Origin: Bacteroidales bacterium
GTDB taxonomy: Bacteria > Bacteroidota > Bacteroidia > Bacteroidales > CAIWKO01
Reading direction: 5' to 3'
Assembly: GCA_035389045.1 (NCBI GenBank)
Contig: DAOORA010000007.1
Coordinates: 62,001-96,870, forward strand
Length of the DNA stretch: 34,870 bases
Part shown: positions 8,395 to 17,800 of the stretch, piece after piece
How the letters are laid out: every line of letters starts with the position of its first letter
Numbering within the stretch: position 1 is the stretch's first letter
Translations under genes and position numbers: made by a program
Notes under the pieces: generated by a model
What the model saw: only the letters and a program-made list of their open reading frames with translations
Databases searched by the model: none
What the model was told of the DNA's origin: nothing

Positions 8395-9159
8395 TTAATT
8401 TTTAAAAGGGTCGTTTTTACTTATTTCTTCTGCTTCTTTGCGTTTGAGCATAGCCAAAGCATTTTTGCCTCGGGAATTTGGTATGGCCTTTTGATTTAAA
8501 AATTTTAAACTTTGCACAATAGCATCAAAATCTTTAAAAGGAAAACCCAGTACCGTTTCATTTGGGCAAATATCAGTTGCATCACGGCAGCCATAGCATC
8601 CCATGCTCATATTGAATTTTTGTTGTAAGATGGAACTGTGGTTGCGTCCACACAGGTTGCCTGCAAAATTGCTGTGCTGCTTTCAACGCGTTGCCCTCCC
8701 TTAATATTGAGGTTGGCCAGGGCAAACCACATGAGTTTTTCGGTTTCATCTTCCACTATGATTATCGGGTTCTATATTTGCTGTTTCAAGCGGAAACAGA
8801 TATAACGCCTTGAGTTTCCCGTGAGGCAAAGTGCTCATTCCTTCAAACATGGTTTTGCCTGTGCCTTCTTCTTTTACAATACCAAAACCCACTAAGCCTT
8901 TTCCTGTTTTCAAGCCTTCGGGAAGGGGCTTAAAGCCGAATGCGGCTGCGGCGGCAGGGCAGGAGATACCCTCAGCATCAAGTAATACATGAGCCCCATG
9001 ACGCGCTTTCATAAGCGCCTGGCAATAGCGATGGCTTGTGAGTTTTTCAATTTTGGCAGGTATTTCTTCTTCTGGAAAAATAAATTTCACCCCAACTAAA
9101 GAAGATGTTAATCCAAGTATTTGTTTTACTTCTTTTGATGATTTCTGAATGTATTTCAT
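8395..9159 (-). pseudogene. DUF169 family gene disrupted by two compensating frameshifts (~8762 and ~8630)
   Basis: N part (HRYCQ, ISCPAAAAAFG) and C part (SMGCYGCR) share a frame. The intervening segment reads IIVEDETEKLMW...LQATCVDATTVP only in a shifted frame. Confidence 0.8.
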
Positions 9160-9178
9160 TTGATTGTGTTAAATAACT

Positions 9179-9478
9179 TTAAATTGATTCAATCATCTTA
9201 TAGATTTCACGCATCATATCATCATGTTCCGTTTCGCCTTCTTTCGACCACCTTGGCTCATAAGCGCAACTACATTTCCATGAAGAAGCACATGTCTTTG
9301 GTTTTTCTCCCTTATGGAGCATATCAGCACAAGCTAAAAGTGATCGAACATCATAGTTTGTATATTTCTCATTATGTCCGTTGTATTCAGGAGAGATTAC
9401 AGCGTATTTTTCAATAAACCTGTAAATACGTTCGGCAAGTTCTTTCATTTTATTTTCCGTTACAGAACCATCAAACAT
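9179..9478 (-). CDS. Hypothetical protein with Cys cluster
   Basis: Co-oriented and fills the gap within the operon; TCASSWKCSC motif; start may be 9448. Confidence 0.6.
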   Translation of the reverse strand: MFDGSVTENKMKELAERIYRFIEKYAVISPEYNGHNEKYTNYDVRSLLACADMLHKGEKPKTCASSWKCSCAYEPRWSKEGETEHDDMMREIYKMIESI

Positions 9479-9512
9479 TTGTTGAACTTTAAAAAAATGG
9501 TTTTAAAGAAAA

Positions 9513-10859
9513 CTAAAAGATACTTCCATAAATAATTCCTGTGATGGTGGCCATTACCACAACAAGACTAACATATACAACAGTTTTCTGAGTTCCCATT
9601 ACTTTTTTTATAACCAGCATATTTGGTAACGATAAAGATGGGCCTGCAAGCAATAAAGCCAGGGCAGGACCCTTGCCCATGCCGGAAGCAATCAGGCCTT
9701 GCAGAATGGGAACTTCTGTCAATGTGGCAAAATACATAAATGCACCAACAATAGATGCGAAAAAATTGGAAAACACGGAATTGCCACCCACCAGCCATTG
9801 TATCCATTCATTGGGTATCACTCCGGCGATGGTTTTCCCATCGTGAGTTGAACCGAGAAGGAAACCTGCTGTAACCACGCCAATGGCAAGTAATGGAAGT
9901 ATCTGTTTGGCAAAGCCCCACGTTGATATTGTCCATTCTTTATTTTCCTGTTCTTTTTTATCAAGAAGCGTGATGATACTCAATGCGGCTATGCCCACGA
10001 TCATGGGTACCAGCGGACTGAGTTTTGTATCAGGAATAAACAAGGTGGAAAGTATGGCGGCAGCCGCTGTTGCTATAACAGCAAAAAGTACCCATTGCCA
10101 TTTGATTTTTAATATTTTTATCAGCGAATACACCAGAAACAATCCGAAAAACCCGGTGATATACCATTTGTAATACCAGATGTAATACCAGGCGCTGGAG
10201 GTGTCACCATCAGAAGGGCTGCCCCAGTTGGCAAAAACAAGGATCAGTATCAGCGTAAAAAAATGAAAGGATGTCTGCCACATCGGCCGTTTCTCAGGCG
10301 GGAGTTGTATATTCATCTGGTCTTCGCGTTTTTGTTTTTCTTCTTTGCGGTATATCAGCGACATGATCACTCCTATAATTACACTGAATGAAACGGCTCC
10401 GACTGTCCGTGCAACGCCCATTTCAAACCCTAAAATACGTGCTGTTAATATTATGGCAAGTATATTGATTGCCGGCCCGGAATATAGAAAAGCAATAGCA
10501 GGGCCTAAACCCGCGCCGCGTTTGTGAATACTCGAAAATAAGGGCAATATGGTGCAGGAACACACAGCAAGTATAGTTCCCGAAACAGCAGCCACTGTAT
10601 ATGCAAGCCATTTTTTTGCGTTGGCGCCAAAATATTTCAGCACCGAACCCTGGCTGACAAATACCGAAATAACCCCCGCAATGAAAAATGCCGGTAACAG
10701 GCAAAGAATTACGTGTTCACGCGCATACCATTTAGCTAAATCAAAGGTTGCGTCAATGGCTGTTGTAAAACGGGCGCTATCTATTGGTAAAAAAAACACT
10801 GCCCCGAATACCAATGCGATCCAGATTAAAATTTTAATTTCTTTTTTTGTTTCCATCAT
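9513..10859 (-). CDS. arsP: DUF318/ArsP-family permease
   Basis: LAVCSCTILPLF, FLYSGPAINI, YFATLTEVPI and LLAGPSLSLP motifs; multiple TMs. Confidence 0.85.
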   Translation of the reverse strand: MMETKKEIKILIWIALVFGAVFFLPIDSARFTTAIDATFDLAKWYAREHVILCLLPAFFIAGVISVFVSQGSVLKYFGANAKKWLAYTVAAVSGTILAVCSCTILPLFSSIHKRGAGLGPAIAFLYSGPAINILAIILTARILGFEMGVARTVGAVSFSVIIGVIMSLIYRKEEKQKREDQMNIQLPPEKRPMWQTSFHFFTLILILVFANWGSPSDGDTSSAWYYIWYYKWYITGFFGLFLVYSLIKILKIKWQWVLFAVIATAAAAILSTLFIPDTKLSPLVPMIVGIAALSIITLLDKKEQENKEWTISTWGFAKQILPLLAIGVVTAGFLLGSTHDGKTIAGVIPNEWIQWLVGGNSVFSNFFASIVGAFMYFATLTEVPILQGLIASGMGKGPALALLLAGPSLSLPNMLVIKKVMGTQKTVVYVSLVVVMATITGIIYGSIF

Positions 10860-10872
10860 AATACGTTTTTGT

Positions 10873-10892
10873 ATTTCGCAAAAAAGCGAAAT
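10873..10892. promoter_or_regulatory. Putative ArsR operator upstream of the ArsP-family permease
   Basis: Perfect ATTTCG-N8-CGAAAT with arms identical to the site at 13614-13633. Confidence 0.7.
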
Positions 10893-10908
10893 GAATTTAT
10901 AAAAAAAT

Positions 10909-11622
10909 TTATGAAATCAGTTTCTGAAAGTAGAATATATAAACATAGTAAAATCCTACAATAATAAAGACAACAGCAATAACCCGCCTAAACCATTTTT
11001 CAAATACTTTCACTTTGTTATAAAATCCTCCCAGGCTTGATATGCTGAATGCCAGCAGATATGCCACTATGATTACCGGTAATCCTGTTGCAATAGCATA
11101 CACCAGCGGCAGAAATAAACCGGATGGTGAACTGATAGTAATAGGGATGAGCATGCCGAAATAAAGAACCCCGCTATAAGGGCAAAAAGCAAGAGCAAAG
11201 ACAATACCTAATAATAACGCGCTCCACCAGTTGTTTTTCTTGTTTTTCCCCATTCGTTCTGTTAACTTTCCGCTGCCGGGTAGTTTTATTTTGATAAAAT
11301 CGAGCATTAGTATTCCGATTATTATTAAAAGTGGTCCTAAAAATTTCTCACCGTGCGACTGCAAAAATTTGGCAATTTGGAAGGTGCTGGCACCAAAAAA
11401 TAAAATTATACCAATTGTTGTATAACTGATAGCTCTACCCAGGGTGTACCATAAACCGTTAAAAAAAATCTTTTTACGATTTTCGAGGTCTTTGCTTATA
11501 AAGCCAATAGCTGTGATGTTGGTGGCAAGCGGGCAGGGGCTGATAGCCGTCATGATCCCTAGTATAAATGCTGATAGAAATGGAACATTGGTCCCATCCA
11601 GCCAGTTTTGTAAAAAGTCCAT
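10909..11622 (-). CDS. arsG: ArsG-family / CcdA-DsbD-like membrane protein
   Basis: TAISPCPLATNI and ALAFCPYSGVLYFG motifs; about six TMs; context with ArsE/ArsF-like genes. Confidence 0.8.
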   Translation of the reverse strand: MDFLQNWLDGTNVPFLSAFILGIMTAISPCPLATNITAIGFISKDLENRKKIFFNGLWYTLGRAISYTTIGIILFFGASTFQIAKFLQSHGEKFLGPLLIIIGILMLDFIKIKLPGSGKLTERMGKNKKNNWWSALLLGIVFALAFCPYSGVLYFGMLIPITISSPSGLFLPLVYAIATGLPVIIVAYLLAFSISSLGGFYNKVKVFEKWFRRVIAVVFIIVGFYYVYIFYFQKLIS

Positions 11623-11631
11623 AAAAAAAAT

Positions 11632-12036
11632 CTACTTTAAAAGCCCGTCAATCTTGGCTATCAGCTCTTTCTCCAGCGTTTCTTTATTCTGGTCAAGCAT
11701 ATAATTTTTTACTATGTCTGTGACATTCACACTGGTTTCTTTTTTCTTCTTTTTCTTAACAATGATGACCGTCTGTGAAGTGGCTTGGTATTTATCAATA
11801 AGGGCTTTATTACTTTCTTCGGCAATTTTTACCTCTTTGAAAATTACATTTCCTGTGGGATAGTTTTTTTCAACGATACCTTTGATGTCCGCTTCGAGGA
11901 CATTGCAGGCCTTTGCTTTGCAACAGGCAAGGTTGGCTTTGAAATACAATACCTCTGCTTTTCCTTTGGTACTCTGAGCGAAAAGTGCAGACGCGGAAAT
12001 GATTAAAACTGCAATTAATAATGTTGCTTTTTTCAT
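11632..12036 (-). CDS. Exported ArsF-like thioredoxin-fold protein (divergent CCxxxC)
   Basis: Signal peptide; EVLYFKANLACCKAKAC; aligns by eye with the two adjacent paralogs. Confidence 0.7.
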   Translation of the reverse strand: MKKATLLIAVLIISASALFAQSTKGKAEVLYFKANLACCKAKACNVLEADIKGIVEKNYPTGNVIFKEVKIAEESNKALIDKYQATSQTVIIVKKKKKKETSVNVTDIVKNYMLDQNKETLEKELIAKIDGLLK

Positions 12037-12042
12037 GTTGTG

Positions 12043-12474
12043 TTATTTTAATGATTCATCAATTTTTGATTTCAGTTCAGAAATAAATATGTCGGGCTCG
12101 TGTACTTTTTTGAAAGCCCAGCCTGTAAGGTCTTCGCTTTTGTCTTCTTTGCCGCTGACAAATGAAGTTATGGCCAGTGTAGCTCCGTAGGCTTCATATT
12201 TTTTTACCAGGTCTCTGTTTTCGGGCAGCTCGCAATTCAGAACATACAGGTCAACAATTCCAAGTTCAAGCTGGCTCGCAAAATTGTTGTCAATAGTCTG
12301 CCTGACATATTTTTCAATAGAAAAACAGGTGTTGCAGCGGTTAGTGATATGAAAGTAATAAACTTTCAGTTTCAGGTTCTGGGGATTGTTTGAAATAATG
12401 GTGTCGTTACTTTTTTGTGAGAATACTCCAACAGACAACAAGAGTAAAAATGTAATTATGACCGGTTTTTTCAT
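12043..12474 (-). CDS. arsF: Exported ArsF-family thioredoxin-fold protein
   Basis: Signal peptide; KVYYFHITNRCNTC.SIE; EDLTGWAF. Confidence 0.75.
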   Translation of the reverse strand: MKKPVIITFLLLLSVGVFSQKSNDTIISNNPQNLKLKVYYFHITNRCNTCFSIEKYVRQTIDNNFASQLELGIVDLYVLNCELPENRDLVKKYEAYGATLAITSFVSGKEDKSEDLTGWAFKKVHEPDIFISELKSKIDESLK

Positions 12475-12479
12475 GGTTA

Positions 12480-13013
12480 TTATTTTAAATATTCAGTGAT
12501 TTTGTTTTTTAGGATTTCAATAAATTTTTCCTCCTTGTTTTTAGCAAATTTGAAGCCATCTCCTGTCATGTCGGTGGTGGTTTCTTTCCCTTTGAAAACT
12601 CTCGTCACATAAAGCCCTGAACCAAAGGCCTGATATTTCTCAGCTATATCAGCATTTTTATCTTCATCTACATTTAAAATATATTGTTTGACCCTGCCTT
12701 GTTTAAGTTCTGCAGAAAAGTAAGTATTCAGTGTTTTTGTCGTTGCTTTTTCTATGGCTATGCACGACACACAACGGTTAGTGATATGAAAGTTGTACAC
12801 CAAAACTTTAGGTAAATCTTTTTTTTGTTCAACAACATCTTTTTTATCTGTCGTATCCGTTACCGGTAGTGAGTCAATGCTTTTTTGTTCAACTTTTGCA
12901 AGGGTGTCGGTTGCCACCTGTTCGTCTGATTTTTTGTTTGCTTGATTGCAGCCCAAAAATAACAAGACTATAATAACAAGTGTCAATGATTTTAATGCTG
13001 ATAATTTTTTCAT
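12480..13013 (-). CDS. arsF: ArsF-family lipoprotein
   Basis: Lipobox FLGC; VYNFHITNRCVSCIAIE; DMTGDGF. Confidence 0.75.
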   Translation of the reverse strand: MKKLSALKSLTLVIIVLLFLGCNQANKKSDEQVATDTLAKVEQKSIDSLPVTDTTDKKDVVEQKKDLPKVLVYNFHITNRCVSCIAIEKATTKTLNTYFSAELKQGRVKQYILNVDEDKNADIAEKYQAFGSGLYVTRVFKGKETTTDMTGDGFKFAKNKEEKFIEILKNKITEYLK

Positions 13014-13032
13014 AGTTCAATTTTTTTGCTTG

Positions 13033-13347
13033 TTATTTGTTTTTGCCTTTGTTCAAAAATTCTTCCAACAGTGTTTTTGCAATTTCCCAGTTTTTAGTGT
13101 TTATACAATATTTTATTATGGGAGGTTCTATCTCACCTTGTATCAAACCTGCATATTTCAGCTCTTTCAGATGTTGTGAAAGTGTGGAGCGGGCTATGGG
13201 AATATCTCCTATCATTTCGCCGCTGGTGCAACATGAATTTAATCCCAGAAGCTTTTCAATTATATAAACCCGTGCCGGATGGCTTAATGCTTTTGCAATT
13301 AAGGCTATTTGCTTGTGCTCTTCTGTGAATTTTGGTTTAGGTGACAT
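13033..13347 (-). CDS. arsR: ArsR/SmtB family repressor with CC before the HTH
   Basis: KALSHPARVYII, NSCCTSGE, IARSTLSQHLKELK.AGLIQG, KYCI. Confidence 0.9.
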   Translation of the reverse strand: MSPKPKFTEEHKQIALIAKALSHPARVYIIEKLLGLNSCCTSGEMIGDIPIARSTLSQHLKELKYAGLIQGEIEPPIIKYCINTKNWEIAKTLLEEFLNKGKNK

Positions 13348-13349
13348 AA

Positions 13350-13589
13350 TTATTTGTTTTTTTCAATGATTTCTTTGAGCTCTTTCATGGAAGGAACTCT
13401 GCCGCTAAAAACCACTTTTCCGTCAATCACCAGACCTGGTGTGCGCATGATGCCATAATTCATGATCATGACGATGTCTTCCACTTTTTCGATAGCGGCG
13501 TCAATATTTAATTCTGCAACGATATCTCTCACGGATTTCTCCAGCATTTTACAATTCGGGCAGCCGGTGCCTAAAACTTTTATATCCAT
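13350..13589 (-). CDS. arsE: MTH895/ArsE-family small redox-active disulfide protein
   Basis: IKVLGTGCPNC...YGIMRTPGLVIDGKVV.SGRVP. Confidence 0.85.
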   Translation of the reverse strand: MDIKVLGTGCPNCKMLEKSVRDIVAELNIDAAIEKVEDIVMIMNYGIMRTPGLVIDGKVVFSGRVPSMKELKEIIEKNK

Positions 13590-13613
13590 GGCAATTTTAT
13601 TTTATATGTTTAT

Positions 13614-13633
13614 ATTTCGCAAAATTACGAAAT
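13614..13633 (-). promoter_or_regulatory. -7 promoter box bracketed by putative ArsR operator
   Basis: ATTTCG-CAAAATTA-CGAAAT; the spacer on the minus strand is TAATTTTG (TAnnTTTG consensus). Confidence 0.78.
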
Positions 13634-13704
13634 GTTTTTTAATTGGAGAAGTTATTTCAAATAAATTTTTTTGCTGAAACTTAAAGTTATTGATTCAGTG
13701 GGTA

Positions 13705-13737
13705 TTTGTCATGGTCTTACAATAATCAATACCTTTG
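13705..13737 (+). promoter_or_regulatory. Bacteroidota sigma70 promoter of the DUF5131 gene
   Basis: TTTG (13705-13708), 21-nt spacer, TACCTTTG (13730-13737). Confidence 0.7.
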
Positions 13738-13767
13738 CATGTCAGAACATTCTATATTGAAAAAATC

Positions 13768-14505
13768 ATGTCTGTTACCTGGAATCCCTGGCACGGGTGT
13801 AAGAAGATCAGCACCGGCTGCTTAAACTGCTATGTTTACCGGATAGATGGCCGGCATGATAAAGATAGCTCGATTGTCAGGAAGACACTCAACTTTGACC
13901 TTCCGGTAAAAAAGAAAAGGAATGGAGCCTATAAAGTTCCGCTTAATGAGCAGATATACACATGTTTCAGTTCTGACTTCTTTCTTGATGAAGCAGATGC
14001 CTGGAGGGAAGAAGCATGGGCGATGATCAGTGAACGCAATGATTGCCGTTTCTTTTTGATTACAAAACGCATTGACCGGTTTACTGTTTGTCTGCCGGAG
14101 GACTGGGGAGAGGGATACGATCATGTTACCATTTGTTCTACTGTTGAAAATCAGGACAGGGTAGATTATCGTTTACCCATATTTTTTGCGGCCCCGATAA
14201 AACACAAAATGATCGTTTGCGAACCGCTCCTTGAGCGCATAGATCTTGCAAAGTATTTAGGCGATTGGGTGGAACAAGTCATCGTCGGCGGCGAATCTGG
14301 CAATGATGCCCGCATATGCGATTTTGACTGGGTGCTGGATATTCAGCGTCAATGTGTTCAGCACGAAATATCCTTCCATTTTAAACAGACAGGCGCAAAA
14401 TTTCGTAAAGACGGACATCTTTATATGATAAACCGGAGATTTCAACATTCACAGGCCCGCAAGGCCGGGATAGATTTTAACCCAGATTGCGCAATAGGAA
14501 TGTAG
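13768..14505 (+). CDS. DUF5131 (phage Gp37/Gp68-like) family protein
   Basis: TWNPWHGC.KIS.GC.NCY, SDFF, LITKR, EPLL, VIVGGESG..AR and F.FKQTG motifs; start at ATG 13768 downstream of the promoter. Confidence 0.9.
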   Translation: MSVTWNPWHGCKKISTGCLNCYVYRIDGRHDKDSSIVRKTLNFDLPVKKKRNGAYKVPLNEQIYTCFSSDFFLDEADAWREEAWAMISERNDCRFFLITKRIDRFTVCLPEDWGEGYDHVTICSTVENQDRVDYRLPIFFAAPIKHKMIVCEPLLERIDLAKYLGDWVEQVIVGGESGNDARICDFDWVLDIQRQCVQHEISFHFKQTGAKFRKDGHLYMINRRFQHSQARKAGIDFNPDCAIGM

Positions 14506-14722
14506 TGAACTATTGAGCAGCGGGTGGGCGTATATGTTGCATACGGGTATGCCCGACTTAGAAAATGTTACCGACTTGTCGGAATTACTTTTTTTCGCAG
14601 ATTACGCAATAAAAATGAATTGTATTTTCTTGAATATTAGATTATAATGTTTATTTGTTCTATTGCTACAAAATTGAATTTTGTAATGCGCAATATGGGT
14701 TTTATGCAGGCTTGTCCCGATA

Positions 14723-14771
14723 AACCCAACAAAAGCATTAGTTCGCGGGATACTAATGCTTTAGCTGGGTT
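14723..14771 (-). terminator. Stem-loop, probable intrinsic terminator between convergent genes
   Basis: AAAGCATTAGT / ACTAATGCTTT 11-bp stem, extended by AACCCA / TGGGTT; about 50 nt after the 14812 stop. Confidence 0.6.
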
Positions 14772-14811
14772 AAACCATATACCTATTCACTATGGTGTTA
14801 GAAACAATTTC

Positions 14812-17800
14812 TTAGATGATGACAATTTTTTTCTGATGCACAGCATTCCCGCTTACAACATGTATGATATAACATCCGGGTTCTTCAACCGTATAGCGGG
14901 TGGTGCCAATACCTTTTTGTTCAGCGCTGATGACCTTTTGTCCCAGCATGTTGTAAACGGATATTTCAGCATTTTGTATATCGGTGTTGCTGTAATTGAC
15001 AAAAATATCTTTGCCCGACGACCATGCATCCATAAAGGAATTGCTGGTTTGATCAATACCTGTGATCACAGAAGGCGAGAACCGGATGAAGAACCTGTAT
15101 TGCGGGGCATTGGCGTTCATGGTGAAGGTGTAGACAGGGTTCATTGTCAGATCCTGGTTTGTTGATGTCTGGTTATCTTCAAGATAGATATGCAGGGATG
15201 GGTCGAAGTTGAGTATCTCGCTGGCATTGATGGTAAAGTTCCCGTTGGTTTTGGTAATATAGCCGAGCGGAATGATCACGTCTGTATTGGATAGAGGTGG
15301 CAGGGCCTGTATTGATAAAGAAACCGGAGTGCTGTCCCTGGTGAAGATGTTGGGGTAAGCCGGATTATTATTCATCATTTTATAAGCGTCGAAATTACCG
15401 TCGAACATTGAACTTGCCTGTGGATCGAAATAAATAACCGTTTCGTCGGCCGCAGAAATATTGTTGGCAGGGTAGCCTCTGAGCCTCAGTATGGGATTAT
15501 TTTGTGTGGCTTTATGGAATACCGGGTTCAGGTCAGAAATCCTTACGGCATTGGTAGCGCCCAGTGATCCCGCACCTGTTGCCTTAACTAAGAATCCCTG
15601 CATGGCTGCAATAATACCTGTGGTTCCTGAAGGATTACCAATGCCATTGACAAAAGAACTGTAAGTTCCTGTATACTGATCTGCGGCATCAAAATAATAA
15701 ATAGCATTGTTCATATTTAATTTGGTCCAAGCTCCTGATTGCCAGTCCACCGGCGAAGGGTAGGGGTTGCCAACAAGGTTCCAGCCGTCGGCATAAGTGT
15801 TGCCTGTAATGGTTTTTGTCAAGTCTATGCTAAGATTTCCGTTGTTGACAACGCCTGTAACATCTGTTGTCAGCGGAGTAGCTGAAGCCCCGAAGTTGAT
15901 GCAGTATCCGCGCATGGTCTGAAGTGTCGATCCTGCGCCCGTCCAGCCTATGGACATTGTTGGTCCCATGGTTTCGTCGTAAGCAAAGAAATTGGGGAAA
16001 GGAGTGACGGTCTGCGTGGTGTCGTTACCAATGTATGGATTCCCCGTGATGATCGTGCCGATTTCATCGGCAAACTCGTTTATGGAAGCCCCGTTGAACG
16101 GCGAAGAATAATAATGATAACCCAACCTGCTTGGCATATAGCGTTGCATGGTTACATTGCCGCTGACATTGCCGGATCCCGTACCAGCTATCAGTGCTGT
16201 CTGCAAGGCATTGGACACCAGGGTAAGGTTCCCTGCAGAAGCCAATGTGCCGAGTGTGGGTGTGAGAACCCCTGTCACCTGTGTGGGGTTGTTTAAGGTA
16301 ACACCATTAGCGTTATTGATGGTGAGGTTTCCGAAGGTGGTGGCTCCGTTAATGGACTGTGCGGTGCTGCCGGAAAAGATAACAGTTCCGCTGCCCACGC
16401 TGCTTTGCCCGTTGTTGGTCCAGTGGCCATAAACCGTCAGGTTTTTGGCGCTGTTAACCGTAACAGAAGCCCCGGCATCGATGACAATGCTTCGGCATAC
16501 CGATGTGCCAACCGAATTAACCACCGGCAGGTTGCTGACCGAGGGAATTGTTATGTCTGAAGTGTTTGTTGGCACTATTCCGCAAGACCAGTTACCTGGA
16601 GTATCCCAGTCGGTATCTATTGCGCCTGTCCACGTGAGATCTGCACATTCGGAAAATTCATCAGCGCCGATATCGGGCCCGTCAACAGGTGCAGTTCCGG
16701 TTTGCCGGGTGTCGCCATCAAAGTCGCTTGAAATTCCGGCAATAACGATACCGGCATTGCTTGATGCTGAACCTGTGGTGCAATGCAGGTCGGTTCCTGA
16801 AGTAAACATCGGGTTGCCTGAAACCGAGTTTGCATCTTTTCCGCTTGTTGTCTGCCAGGCTGCCAGGTTTGCACAGTCGATACCACCCCAATTGCCCAGG
16901 TTTGAACCGGTTGAAAACAAATTATTATAGTTGCATGTAGATAAACCACCGGTAGATGATTCAATATTTATGGCATATAAATCAGCGCTGTAAAAGATAT
17001 TATTATGAACATTTACAGAAGAAGATGACGACATGTAAAAAGAAGCATAACCGGCAGCATAAGCACCATTGTTATAAACACTGTTAAAATAAAAATTTTT
17101 GTAAGATGAATTTGCAACGTAAATACCATAAGCATATGTGCTTCCCACAATTATCATATTATTAGATATGTCGCCGACATAGGAACTACTTCCTGAACAA
17201 TTGCTAAGGGCTATCCCGTAATTGCCCGCCGAGCTGTTATATTTAAAATAATTTTTGGAAATGCTAAGGCCATTATTGGCATAGTACCCAAAGATCCCAT
17301 AATTTGAAACAGCGTCATAGGTTGTGGAATTGGTAAGATGATTTCCGGTAATGATTGCTCCCTGTACGTAATGCAAACTAATTCCAATAAAATAGTTTTC
17401 AAACGTACTGTTCTGAATTGTAATGTTCGATTTCGGACTTCCGGAAGCTCCACGCCAATCCACTCCGGACCATCCGTTGTAGAAGTAACAATCGTCAAAC
17501 ACATTTCCGGTATTCCCGGTATTATTGTCGGTAGACGAAACAAGGGCATCATTCATCGTGGAACCTGTTCTTCCTGAAAACTTGACATTTCCGAACAGGT
17601 TATTAGAAGCATCGCCGGAAACTTTTACCACTATTGCATAAATGCCGGTACCGGTTCTTTCGATGGTCATATCTTTAAAAACAACATGGTCGGTTCCGTT
17701 TAGCTGCAGGGTATAATTATTTGTCGAGCTTGCACTGCTTGGGTAAGACAAGGTTACATCCGCCTGATTTCCGTTATTGGATTGAAAGGTTACGGTTACA

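Noticed and set aside
8746..8748. Possible selenocysteine read-through joining the two same-frame DUF169 fragments
   Set aside because: A TAA follows in the same frame, and the conserved sequence lies in another frame, so frameshifts explain it.
1..14505. ars cluster as a mobile island based on lower GC than the T9SS genes
   Set aside because: No integrase, transposase, tRNA or att repeat seen; the GC contrast is partly explained by the Gly/Ala/Pro/Thr-rich cargo proteins.
14592..14610. TTTTCG-CAGATTA-CGCAAT as a fourth ArsR operator (also a half-site near 980)
   Set aside because: 7-nt spacer, mismatched arms and located between convergent gene ends.
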